From an uncultured Nitrospinota bacterium (GTDB lineage: Bacteria > Tectomicrobia > Entotheonellia > J063 > CAVPRW01): a stretch of 64,000 nt of DNA. Each line of letters begins with the position of its first letter. Positions within the stretch are counted from its first letter, which is position 1. Positions 1-10,927 of this stretch are shown here, piece after piece. The stretch is taken from NCBI GenBank assembly GCA_963707985.1, contig CAVPRW010000017.1, positions 1 to 64,000 on the forward strand. The letters run 5' to 3'. Position numbers and translations under genes: made by a program. Below the pieces are notes generated by a model. It worked only from the letters and a program-made list of their open reading frames with translations, was not told the origin of the DNA and ran no database searches.

Positions 1-1874
1 AAACCGGTTCGTTATGGGCGCCATCGGTGGTGGTGCAGGGTACGGCGAAAACGACCGGGTGACGCCGCGACTGCTGCGCTTTTATGAAGAAAGGGCCAAG
101 GGCGGTGTTGGCCTGATTACAGTGGGGCATGCTCCAGCCGATTGGATCCGGTAAGCCTAACCCCCGCGGTGTATCCATATACAAGGATGAACTCATCCCT
201 AGCCTCCGCCAATGGACTGATGTCGTACACAAGCATGATGCCAAGATCGGCGTCCAGTTATCCTTTGGCGGAAGGTGGTGGCGGGGCGGGGATGCCCCTA
301 TTGAAGAGGTAGGCCCATCCGATGTCGTCTTCGTTCATACCGCCGGCGCCCTCGAACCACGCCCTCTGACGTTAGATGAAATCCGCCAGATGATCGAAGC
401 CCTGGGAGAGGCGACGCGGAGGGCTCGCGAAGCTGGATTCGATTGCGTGGAATACCAGGCCTCCACCGGGTCTATTTTTGGACAGTTTCTCTCTCCGCTC
501 ACCAACAAGCGCACCGACCAGTATGGCGGAAGTTTTGAAAAAAGAATGAGCTTTCTTCTGGAAACCATCGAAACCGGCAAGAAGAAGGCAGGAGAGGACT
601 ATACATTCATTGTAAGGCTGGGAGGCGATGACTTCATGAAAGGGGGCAACACCCACGAGGACAGCAAGAGAATGGCCCCCATCCTGGAGAAAGCCGGCGT
701 TCATTGCCTGAACGTGACGACGGGTTGGCATGAGGCGCCGGTTCCCTTCCTCCCGATGTCTGTTCCCCGGGGAGCTTACATATACCTGGGTGAAAGCATC
801 AAGAAAGCGGTCAGCATTCCCGTCATTGGCGGTACCCGGATAAATGACCCTATCCTGGCGGAACAAATCGTGTCCGAGGGGAAGCTGGACATGATATACC
901 TCTGCCGGCCCCTCATCGCCGACCCTGAATTTGTCAACAAGGCCGAAGAGGACAGATTCGACGACATCCGCCCCTGTATTGCCTGTTCCCATTGCTTTGG
1001 AGGGATGGGGAGAGGCAATGGTATAGAGTGTACCGTCAATCCCAAGGCCGGCAGGGAAATGGAATATACGGTTGAACCCACGCAACACCCCAAGAAAATT
1101 TTTGTTATTGGCGGCGGCCCTGCGGGTATGGAGGCAGCCACAGTTGCTGCCGCGCGAGGCCACAAGGTCACACTTGCGGAAAAGGGCGATCGTCTGGGCG
1201 GGCAACTGTTGGTTGCCGCCCCTCCCACCCCATAAGGACGAGTTAGCAAACTTCAACGATGTATCTAACGGTACAGTACAAACACGAAGTAGAGAGTAAG
1301 CTCAATGAGGATGTCACCGTCGAATCCATCGAAAAGGTAAAGCCCGATGCGGTAATCATCGCCGCCGGAGCCACACCCATCATTCCCCGCATCCCCGGAG
1401 CAACGGGAATCAATGTGGCAACAGCTATAGATGTCTTAACCGGGCGCAAAGATACCGGCCGGAACGTGATCATCATCGGCGGCGGCGCGATAGGCTGTGA
1501 GACGGCTGAGTTCCTGATCAAAAAGGGCAAGAACGTCACCATCCTAGAGATGCTCAATCGAATGGGCAACGATTTCGAGGAGTTACCGTTGGGTTATTAT
1601 GTTGAGGCTGAGAGAGACGCAAATCAGGATGGAGACCAATGCCGAAGCGGAGGAGATAACCGAAAAGGGTGTGCGGGTGAATCGTAAAGGGAGAACCAGG
1701 ACGTTCTTCGCTGGGGATAGCGTTGTCCTCGCTATGGGCATGAAGGCTGACAGTGAGATAGCCCATAAACTGGAAGGCAAAGTTGCCGAGCTGTATACGA
1801 TCGGAGATTGTGCTGAGCCCGGTCGTTTATTGGGAGCCATGCACAGCGGATTCCGCGTGGCGCGAGAAATCTAA
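1..1874 (+). CDS. NADH:flavin oxidoreductase (old yellow enzyme / 2,4-dienoyl-CoA reductase FadH-like); 5'-partial, frameshifted
   Basis: Frame from nt 2 reads NRFVMGA..YEERAKGGVGLIT. ORF 129-1235 has QFLSPLTNKRTDQYGGS, the Fe-S motif CIACSHC and GGGPAGMEAA. ORFs 1259-1687 (IIGGGAIGCE) and 1599-1874 (IGDC) complete the NAD/FAD domain. About 3 frameshifts. Confidence 0.9.
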
Positions 1875-1956
1875 GCCAAAGTTCCCCGGAGGAATTTACC
1901 GTCGATTATGACGGATTAACTGTTGCTGCTTATTTATAATGATAAAGGAGAAAAAA

Positions 1957-2346
1957 ATGGCGATTAAAGGTATGGATCATATTGTTGTGCGCGTGAAAAA
2001 TATTGATGAAGGCATAAGCACCTATCGGGATAAACTGGGAATGAAGTTGGAGCGCACCTCCGAGTCCGAAGCTTTGGGTATCAAGCAGGCCTTTTTCCCC
2101 TTCCCTAATGGGGGGTTTTTAGAAGTAGTGGCCCCTTTTGGTCCTGATTCAGCAGTGGGTAAGGCTATCGATAGCCGTGGAGAAGGAGTGCACACGATCT
2201 CCCTAACTGTCGATGACCTGGCTGCTACGGTAAAAAGCCATGCAAGCGATGCCGGTGTACAGCTCATTGGCGTAGGCAGCCCTCAGGTTTTTTTGCATCC
2301 CAAATCCACTCATGGTCTGTTGGTTCAACTCACCGAGAAAAAATAA
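1957..2346 (+). CDS. VOC/glyoxalase superfamily protein, methylmalonyl-CoA epimerase-like
   Basis: DHIVVRV, FLEVV, RGEGVHTISL, FLHPKSTHGLLVQL; AGGAG RBS before ATG 1957. Confidence 0.85.
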   Translation: MAIKGMDHIVVRVKNIDEGISTYRDKLGMKLERTSESEALGIKQAFFPFPNGGFLEVVAPFGPDSAVGKAIDSRGEGVHTISLTVDDLAATVKSHASDAGVQLIGVGSPQVFLHPKSTHGLLVQLTEKK

Positions 2347-2582
2347 CATGGTTCCCGAATGTGCTCACCCGAATGCCGAATGGTGTCAGCGCCTATGGTG
2401 CTTGCACTGATAGGCATTCGGCGCGGCACTGGGTAGCGATGCCGCAGCGCTTGCCGCCCCTTCTCAATTCCTGTTTCCTATCTGTTATTCAACTGCAAGC
2501 TCTCTGATTAAAAGATTCAAACCGATTTGAGGTTCTTGCGCAATGATAGGCTAACACCCCACATTGTGCTGCCAAAATCCGC

Positions 2583-2611
2583 TTGACACACAAATTCCTT
2601 CTTCATATACT
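2583..2611 (+). promoter_or_regulatory. sigma70-type promoter
   Basis: TTGACA (2583-2588), a 17-nt spacer and TATACT (2606-2611), upstream of the USP gene. Confidence 0.6.
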
Positions 2612-2631
2612 CCCACCATGAAAAGCAATGC
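2589..2631 (+). repeat. ~43-bp dispersed intergenic repeat, copy 1
   Basis: cacaaattccttcttcatat...catgaaaagcaatgc matches 4470-4512. Confidence 0.75.
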
Positions 2632-2837
2632 CTTGTCAAAAGGGATTTTGCGTAAAGTGTCACCGTATGAGGGTAATAAAGAACCCACGTCATGCCATTC
2701 TTAAAAAGCTTAAGACGTCCAATTCAGGGCATTTATTCCTCCTGCGGGAGAGGGATATCCAGACTTGTAAAGTCAAAGCGGGGCTTCATTAAGAAGGTAT
2801 GAAACATTGACATCAAAATGTAGAGGAGAATATAAAA

Positions 2838-3757
2838 ATGAATAAGACGGTTCGGATGTTTGAAAGAATACTACTACCACTGGACGGTTCTGAACTATCT
2901 GAGATGGCCCTTCCCTACGGAGAGGAGTTGGCCAGTAAGTTGGGTTCTGAGGTAGTCTTGTATCATGTACGCGGGCATGAGCACTCGCAGCAGGAGCACA
3001 TGCATCAGATGTATCTTGATAGGTTGGCTGAGACTGTGCAGCGTAATATCAGAAAAGACCAGCCAAAGGGTACAGAAGTAAAAGTAACTACAAAAGTCGA
3101 GGCCGGAGAGCCTACAGAGAATATCTGCAACCTTGTAGACAAAAACAAGGTAGATTTGATAATTATGACCGCTGTCAGCGCCTCTGGTCTTAAAGTCGGC
3201 AAAATGCTGGGCAGCGTGACTGACCATGTCTGCCGAACTGTGCCGATACCGGTAATGCTCATTAGACCTCAGAATGTCAAGAGACTGACGAAAAGAAGCG
3301 ACTGATCAACCGTATACTCATACCTCTGGATGGTTCTGACTCAGCAAACTGGCACTACCGGTCGGAGAAGAACTGGCTACCAAGTTAAAGGTGAGTATTA
3401 CCCTCTTCCAGATGGCACACATGATTCGCATCTATGACGATGGGTCAGGGGCTCTATTGCGATATATTGATTATACGAAGCTTGATGAGGATGAGAAGAA
3501 ACGAGTTACGTGCTGAAATGATTGCACTGGAGAAAGAACTGAAAGAGAAAGGCCTCGATGTAACCAATATTGTAACCTCCGGCTATGATGCCGCCTATGA
3601 AATCATTGAGGTATGTAAGAAGATTGGCGCCGACCTGGTGGTCATGTCCACCCATGGGCGGTCTGGGTTAGGTCGCTGGGTCTTCGGCAGCGTTGCCGAA
3701 AAAGTACTGCGTCATGGAGAGACACCATTGTTGCTGGTACATGCAAGAGCAGGTTAA
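2838..3757 (+). CDS. Tandem-domain universal stress protein; frameshifted
   Basis: MFERILLPLDGSELSE..GSVTDHVCR (domain 1), then RILIPLDGS..DLVVMSTHGRSGLGRWVFGSVAEKVLR (domain 2), across ORFs 2838-3305 and 3434-3757. Confidence 0.9.
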
Positions 3758-3773
3758 TATATTTATGACCCTC

Positions 3774-3804
3774 ACCGCAAAACTGTTCAGGCAGTTATTG
3801 CGGT
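3774..3804. terminator. Hairpin between convergent USP genes, possible bidirectional terminator
   Basis: accgcaa-aactg / cagtt-a-ttgcggt inverted repeat. Confidence 0.45.
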
Positions 3805-3861
3805 CAAGTAGCTTCCGCTAGATTCTAGGGTCTCGTTTGACACAAGACAGAACCTTTACAC

Positions 3862-4301
3862 CTATGAATCCCTTTTGACGACGAGCACAGGTCGCAAGGA
3901 TTTTCTTATGACTGCTTCCGAAACCGATCCCAATAACATCTCTCTGAGGTTGCTCTTTCCATGCGATCCGAGTACAATGATAGAGACTGCTCTTCTTGCT
4001 CTATTCTGAGAATCTCGGTTACGGGAGCACCTTTGATAATTTTCACGTTGATTTTGAACCCCTTGTCCCGGAGAACATTTGCCACCGTGTTCAATCCTTT
4101 CATGATGTCGTCTTTAACATCATTTTCGAATTTAACTATGTCTATCGCAGAATATTCATCCAGAAGATAGAAATACTTATCCTCCATCACATATAGTATT
4201 ATGACCTCTTCCTCTCCGGAAGCTTTCAACTGCTCAATGAAAGCCAGAGCTTTTGCAGCCACGTCAGAAAGGTCAGTTGGGTATAGTATTTTCTTGAACA
4301 T
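3862..4301 (-). CDS. Universal stress protein; one frameshift near 3990
   Basis: MFKKILYPTDLS. The shifted frame gives GSHGKSNLREMLLGSVSEAVIRKSLRPVLVVK*. GGAGG RBS. Confidence 0.88.
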
Positions 4302-4469
4302 TATATCCTCCATTATATGCGGATTTGAGAATGCAGATCTAATTAGGTTTATCTCTTATCATAAATAAAAGGGAAAATAACCTTTAACTGAGATGAGATA
4401 AATAAATTTTTATTTTGTTTTATATCACAGGTGTTTGACTTTTATAAAAGACCACCCGAACTGAGGACT

Positions 4470-4520
4470 CACAAATTCCTTCTTCATATTCACACATCAT
4501 AAAAAGCAATGCTTTTTATG
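4470..4520. promoter_or_regulatory. Repeat copy 2 with a perfect 11-1-11 palindrome (candidate operator)
   Basis: cataaaaagca-a-tgctttttatg at 4498-4520, between divergent genes. Confidence 0.5.
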
Positions 4521-4619
4521 GAAAATATTCAATTCAATTCAATCTGATATTGTGATAAGTTTTATGCTGGCAAACAGATATTTGCAAGCATTAGCGTCGC
4601 AAGGAGAACATTTTAGATC

Positions 4620-4973
4620 ATGAACCTGGAAGAGATCGTAAAAATTGTACACGGATTTGTTTTAAATCCACAGACTTCGCTTAAGGGAGATGTGAAAGGC
4701 GGCTGCGGGGCAGACTTGATGAGCGATGTTCTGTCATCTATTCAGCCGGATGCTCTTTTGCTCACAGGCTTGACGAATTTGCAGGTTGTCCGTACTGCGC
4801 AAATGGCGGATGTACGGGCTATTGTTTTGGTACGGGTAAAAGTGCTCAACCCGATATGCTGGAACTGGCAACACGGGAAAATATCCCCGTTATTTCCAGC
4901 CCTTATGGTATGTTTGAACTGTGCGGACGGCTGTACAAAGCTGGTTTGCCCAGTCTCGAAGGCCAGATGCTGA
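4620..4973 (+). CDS. DRTGG-domain protein; probable frameshift near the C-terminus
   Basis: GCGADLMSDVL, LLLTGLTNLQVVRTAQMADV. Confidence 0.85.
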   Translation: MNLEEIVKIVHGFVLNPQTSLKGDVKGGCGADLMSDVLSSIQPDALLLTGLTNLQVVRTAQMADVRAIVLVRVKVLNPICWNWQHGKISPLFPALMVCLNCADGCTKLVCPVSKARC

Positions 4974-4982
4974 CCGAACCCC

Positions 4983-6010
4983 ATGTCTAACAAAACTTTG
5001 CAGGAAATGTATGGTCGCAAAGGCCGTGTGATAACCGACCAGGATGTTCGCGAGATCAGTCGCGTGGAAGCGGTGTCGTACGATCTGAAGATCGGCGACG
5101 TAATGGTGTCTGATGTCAAATCTGTCCGGCCGGATATTCCTATGAATGATTTGCTGGAGATCATGCGTCAAGGACGGATTTCCGGTACACCGGTAGTGGA
5201 AGGGGGAAACCTGGTTGGGCTTGTCAGCATCGAGGACCTCATCCATGCCATGAGGAAAGGGGAACTTGCCGAGCCAATTTCGCAATACATGGCTCGCAAC
5301 GTTGTTACCGTGAAAGTATATGAGCCGGTGGTCAGAGCGATTGAGATTTTCAGCGAACAGCGTTTTGGCCGACTGCCGGTGATGGATGAAAACGACAGAT
5401 TGGTCGGTATCATCACCAAGGGCGATATCACTAGCGGTCTGCTGCTGGCGCTGCAAAAAGATTATCATGAAGAGGAAGTTCGTCGTTACCGCGCCAGTCA
5501 CCTTTTCAAGATATCACGTCCGATCGCACCAGCCTGATTTTACGTTACGACATAAAACCGCGCGACTTTACCAGTGGCGGTCGCGCGTCGAGCAATTTCA
5601 AGCGGGCATTAATTCGCCTGGGGGCTAATCCGCAGATGGCGAGGCGGTGCGGAATTGCCGTTTATGAAGCTGAAATGAACCTGGTCATACACACCGATCA
5701 AGGAGGAGTGATCCGGGTGGAGATTGAACCACACCGCGTCCTGATGCAAACTATCGACGACGGTCCCGGCATCCCCGATGTCATTGGCATTGCAGCCAGG
5801 TTGGTCTACCGCCACGCAAGAAGTTCGCGATATGGGTTTTGGCGCAGGCATGGGATTGGTCAACATCAAACGTTGTGTGGACCGGATGGATGCTTGCTAT
5901 CCGTTGTTGGAAAGGGCACCAACCTGACCATGGAAATTGACTTGCGGGCTGATGAGCGATTCAAAGAAAGTGGCGGCCCATTGGACGAGCACGGAAAGCA
6001 AAAGGGATAA
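4983..6010 (+). CDS. CBS-pair plus HATPase_c (RsbT/anti-sigma-like Ser/Thr kinase) protein; frameshifted
   Basis: Two CBS pairs (ISGTPVV..LVGLVSIEDL; RLPVMDENDRLVGIITKGDI), then YEAEMNLVIH, DDGPGIPD and an off-frame GFGAGMGL box. Confidence 0.82.
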
Positions 6011-6338
6011 AGGTGCAATTAACATCAGACGAACATCGACACCGAACTTAACATTTTGCAGCCGATATTTAATTGACATACATGATTGAGAATTTTACTG
6101 TTCGCTTATAAATAAGCAATGTCTTTGTTATCCACAACTCATCAACCTCGAAGAAGATGCAGGATTTCGAGTCGTCATACTTGGATGTTGTTTATTCGAA
6201 AATTGTGATATAATTAGTACAAATATTGAAAGCTGGATGTGAGGGACTGGGGCAACAAATATATGGCTGAGATATTGTGTTACCATGGGCCTGAACAGAG
6301 AGAATTCACCAAATTCAACCAAGAAAGGAGAAACAGTC

Positions 6339-8075
6339 ATGAGTGAAGTTAAGAAAGAGCAGAAAGGACTAACGCGAAGGGATTTCGTCAAGGGAGCCGC
6401 TGCTGGAGCAGTGGGAGGGTTGGTGGTTGGAGCTGCAGGAACTGCCCTGTCAGCGCCAAAGGCACAGCCGAAGTCTTGGCTGCCCGCCAAGTGGGACTAT
6501 GAGGCTGACGTGGTGGTTGTCGGAGCCGGTTTTGCAGCTCAGGCAGCAGCCATCGAAGCCGATCGTGCTAAAGCCTCGGTTCTCATGCTGGAGAAAGCGA
6601 ACCAGAAGGAACAAGGAGGCAACAGTCGAGTATGCGGCCAAGGCTTTATTTGCCCCGCCCAAATATATCTGGGAAGACTATTTTGCATATTTGAAGATGA
6701 CGACTGCCGGTTTAGGGTTTCCCGTTCCTGACGAACATCTCCGATTCTACATCGAAGAAAGTTCCAAGAACCTTGAATGGTTCGCGAGTCTGGGTATTAA
6801 AGCTAGTTGAGGGCAACGTTGGCGGGGGCGTGGAAAGTGGATTCCATTCTATCCCCAATTTCCGGGAGCGGAAGCCATTGCGAAGGAAGCCCAGTTCTAC
6901 TGGGTACCGCCGGAAAAAGGAACCGGGCAGGGACTGGTACGCCCTTGAAGATCAGATTCTTCAGCGAAAGGGCATCAAGAAAATGTTCGAGACCCCGGCC
7001 AAGAGACTGGTCCAGCAACCCAGTCACCAAGGAAATCCTGGGCGTGGAAGCCGAAAACGCCGGTAAAGAGATATTTATCAAGGCCAAGAGGGCCGTGTGC
7101 GTCTGTGGCGGCGGCTACGAGTACAACACCGCAGATGACGAGAGACTTTCAGGGCATCAGCAAGCTCTATTCACAGGGCAGCCCACACAACACGGGAGAG
7201 ACGATCAAGATGTGCTGGGAAGCGGGAGCCGATATACGGAACATGAGCGCCATAGCTGCTCCCTCCTATCTCTCCGCCGGCATTCTTCCCGGATACAAAG
7301 CTTCAATACCCGATTGCCCGAACGCTCCCGAAGGGCGGCTTCATTATGGTGGGTGCCAACAACAAAAGGTTCCGGGATGAATATCGAACGGCCAAGGTGG
7401 GTTGGCAAAGTCGCGGGATAAATACGCTGGAACGCGCCGCCGGCAGTACCGGCCAGATAATCGAAAACGGGGTATATGTCCGGGACAAGCACTCCGATGC
7501 CTATGCATTACATCTTCGACGAGGCGGCCCGAGTGAGCGGGCCGTCTGTTCGGCAGCGGGATGAGTTGGTCGGACAATATCGAAGGTTATAAGTGCAGTC
7601 CGGACAATAGCGCCGAACTGGCGAAAGGCTGGATTATCAAGGGGGAGAACATCCGCGACCTCGCGACGAAGATTGGACGAGACCCTGATGCACTGGAAGC
7701 AACTGTAAAAAAATGGAATGAAGACTGTGCAGCGGGCAAAGACACGCAATTTGACATCGGGGACCCGGCATCGTACCGTATGAAAGACCGAAAGTGCGCC
7801 TGGTACCTGTCGTCGGCGGGCCACTCTACGCAGTACAGGTCTTTCCCAGTACTCTCAATACGCAGGGAGGCATGACGCGCAATACAAAATCCCAGGTGCT
7901 GGACATACGGGGCAATCCTATTCCAAGGCTATACTCTGCCGGCGAAAATGGCGATATATGGACCATTGTGTACCAATGTATGTCCAATGTGGGTGCCGGA
8001 TGTTTTGGGTATGGACGTGTGGCTGGTCAAAACGCTGCTAAAGAGAAGCCCTGGAATCCACGCGACATGGTGTAG
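6339..8075 (+). CDS. Tat-exported FAD-binding oxidoreductase (flavocytochrome c / fumarate reductase flavoprotein superfamily); multiple frameshifts
   Basis: Tat motif TRRDFVKG; DVVVVGAG; GGNSRVCG; C-terminal LNTQGG..GNPIPRLYSAGE..FGYGRVAG. Confidence 0.85.
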
Positions 8076-8099
8076 CAAGAAGATTATTGAGATAAGTGA

Positions 8100-8129
8100 C
8101 AGGGGGGACGGGTAATTCCGACCCCCCTG
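8100..8129 (+). terminator. GC-rich hairpin downstream of the flavoprotein gene
   Basis: cagggggg..cccccctg stem with no strong U-tract. Confidence 0.4.
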
Positions 8130-8184
8130 ATAGATTAGTCTGCTGTGGTTATCTAAAAGGACTATCATCGCTGAGGAGTAAAAT

Positions 8185-9142
8185 GTGACTGGAAAAATTA
8201 AAGCGCATGAGACGAGCGTGTCGATGGTTAAGGCAGCTCCTGTTGAGCTTTATGCCGGCAGCAACATAATGCTCAAGGTCGTAGTCGCGTGTCCTTTCAA
8301 TTGTAATCTTCAAGGGGGGCAAGTTAGAATCTTTGATAATTCAGGTGCTGTTGTAGAGCAAATTAAACTGCTTCCATTTGATGGAATAGTCAACGAGACT
8401 GATGAATTTAGCGTCAGGGTACCGACCCAGCCGGGGGAATACACATGGACCACCGTGTTCATGGCGCAGGGGAAGGAAGGGATTTTACATGAAGAGAGCT
8501 CAACGCCGTTTTCATTTAGCGTCAAACCTCACGTAACAAGCATTCAAGTCTGGGATGTACCTTCTCCAATTGTATTGAACGCTGCGTTCAGGGTCAAGAT
8601 CGGAGTTCAATGCTCCGGCGGATGCGATCTGACGGGCAAGGAGATCGAAATCCGTGACTACGAAGGTGTAATGGTGGCGACCCGTCTGCTTGGTGACGTC
8701 CCCTGGTCGACCGCGGCTGCCCAGTCTTGTGCTGAGGTGGAACTCAAACGCCCCGGGGATAGAAGGTCGCTACTTGTGGGAGGTCAAGTTCCCAAAGTCA
8801 GGCATGGAGCTTCCGCATGAGGAATCTGCCTGTACCTTCGCGGCCGGAGTCGCAGAGCAGCCGGAGCACACCGTAACAGTAGAAGTTATCGACAGAGAAA
8901 CAAAGACCCCGCTTAAAAAGGCCAGCGTTATTCTCCGTCCCTCCATATATCAGGGTTCCGAATATTCGAACTATACCGATGATGCCGGATTGGCAAGGGT
9001 ATGTGTTCCAAAAGGCGAGTACCATATATGTGCCATGGATAGCGGATACAAGAGCTTCCTCAAGATTGTCGAGATAGCCAGTGACGCCGTCGTCAAAGCC
9101 GAGCTGCAGGCAGGTTATGACTTGGATGATATTTTCCGCTAA
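8185..9142 (+). CDS. Hypothetical beta-sandwich protein with two internal repeats and a C-terminal carboxypeptidase-regulatory-like domain; one frameshift
   Basis: Repeats VACPFNCNLQGGQVRIFD..LHEESS and VQCSGGCDLTGKEIEIRD..PHEESA; C-terminus YTDDAGLARVCVPKGEY. Confidence 0.6.
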
Positions 9143-9348
9143 CAACTTTAGTAATCTCCGATTAGATTGTTAATTGCGCAGGGTAAAATCCTTGTAGTCG
9201 CCGGTAGCGGGTGCCGACATGAGGATGGAGAAATGCGCCGCCGCCTTGCCGCTCCAATAAAAAAAGAATGTAATATTGTCAAAGTATAAAGTTCTTCGCA
9301 AAAAAGGAGACCCATGCTCTGATTAGATGAACCAAAATTATCTCTCTT

Positions 9349-9780
9349 TCATGGAACATTAAAATTAAAGTTATGACAGGCGCGGCACTGATTCTCCGAT
9401 GGCTTATGTGCATGATGGCAGGCTTCACAGGGCAAATCGCCATTATGATGTTCGTGAGGATTTGGAGTGACTTTATTTGTCTGAGCTGCCAATTTTGCAT
9501 AATCTCCATGACATTTGAAGCAGGCTTCCGTGGGAACCGGGTTTTTGGGGGGTGTTTCTTTGTGACAACTATTACAGGCAATGCCTTTGGCGATATGTTT
9601 GTCGGCCATAAATTGGTCATCGGCAGCCAGGACCAATGAATAATTTACATACATTAACGAAAAAAATAAAATCAGCAAGATTAATGAAAGTATCATATTG
9701 CCGCATCTGCATTTTTTTTGTAGCTTCATTGAATCTCTCCTTTCTACTGCTGCTGCGGAATGCCCCGCAACTTGGAGCAA
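9349..9780 (-). CDS. Small tetraheme cytochrome c (cytochrome c3-like / flavocytochrome heme subunit); start uncertain
   Basis: Four CXXCH motifs (CNSCH, CFKCH, CEACH, CRACH), NPH motif, hydrophobic N-terminal signal. Confidence 0.9.
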   Translation of the reverse strand: MLQVAGHSAAAVERRDSMKLQKKCRCGNMILSLILLILFFSLMYVNYSLVLAADDQFMADKHIAKGIACNSCHKETPPKNPVPTEACFKCHGDYAKLAAQTNKVTPNPHEHHNGDLPCEACHHAHKPSENQCRACHNFNFNVP

Positions 9781-10315
9781 CTCCCATTTTTGACCGGAGA
9801 CCCGGATTCAGGAAATGAGTTTTAGGAATAGCTATAATGCTATTACTACAATCAAAAAGAAAGTGTCCATTTAAATACTGTTAAAATCACGAATTTTATT
9901 CGCAAGCCGGGTAGCAAGAATGCAAGAACAGGGTGAGACCTCTGTATCTAAACCAACCAGGGCCGGCAGATTTTTCTCTATATCGCCGCCCCCTTCCCAC
10001 CTCCGGCTGCCTTCAAGATATTGGCTTCCCTTGGACAAGAGGAAGCGGGTCACTCAATGCCCCTATCATAATGTTTTCGTACAAAGTTCAGGGAAATTTA
10101 GTTTTGTTTCTGAAGATGAAACAGATTTTCGGGGGCCGGGTAAAACCTTAAGCACCGGATGCCAAGCGCGCAATCTATAGTTTTAAATTGATGGCTTTTC
10201 AACGTAATCACTGATACATGTATCCACAGCATTCATCTCTTCGGTGGGGAGGAGAAAGCTTTTCATAGTCTATGAGCTGCCGGAGAAAAACAAGGGAATC
10301 GGAGGGGGAGAAAAT

Positions 10316-10653
10316 ATGGGATCAAAGCAGAAGCAGACACAAATGGAACGAAAGGCATATTTCGAACGACGACTGAAAGACCGGCTGTCCTTCCTGTCTG
10401 AAAAGGGGATCGAATCTTCCAAGATCAAAAAAGATACCATCGTGAAAAAATTGCGGGCAAATATTAAGGCCATAAATGCCAGACTGAAGACGATTGCCGG
10501 CTACGAAAAGAAGACGGAAGAACTGGCGAAGACAAAGGCGGAAAAGGCGGCTGCCCCCAGAAAGATCCGGAAGACAGTAAAGAGAACAAGGCAAAGGAAG
10601 CCCCTGTAGAAGGTAAGGGGAAAAAGAAAAAGAAGGAACAAGCGGCATCTTAA
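10316..10653 (+). CDS. Lys-rich helical hypothetical protein; probable frameshift at the 3' end
   Basis: GGAG RBS then MGSKQKQTQMERKAYFERRL; basic coiled-coil composition. Confidence 0.6.
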
Positions 10654-10927
10654 GCAGGGTAGGCGGCATTTTCGGTTCTCCGGTTGATGCGTACTAGCAA
10701 AAAATGTCTTCTTTCCTTGTAGTCGAGCACGTCCGATTTTTTTATTCCATAGACATTAAAAGCGGCAATCGCGAGTACTGAGGTTATTGCTTTTAGAGAT
10801 TCCGGACATACGATAAAATTCAAATTCTTCTGGAGGCTGGTATTCGATTATACCGAATTATGAGTGAATAATCCATTATCTATTGCCCTTTCAGCCGCAT
10901 TTAAGTGAAACAATTCGTCCTGAGAGA

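Noticed and set aside
2369..2421. Nested hairpins after the VOC gene as a possible ncRNA
   Set aside because: No recognisable RNA family motif and no second copy; at most a terminator-like or REP-like stem.
6128..6136. Perfect DnaA box TTATCCACA
   Set aside because: A single copy with no box cluster or dnaA context, so consistent with chance.
6203..6222. Rex-like site ttgtgatataattagtacaa
   Set aside because: Spacing and symmetry do not fit the 18-bp Rex consensus.
6339..8075. Programmed frameshifting or phase variation in the broken genes
   Set aside because: The indels are numerous, scattered and not tied to consistent slippery tracts; sequencing error is the simpler explanation.
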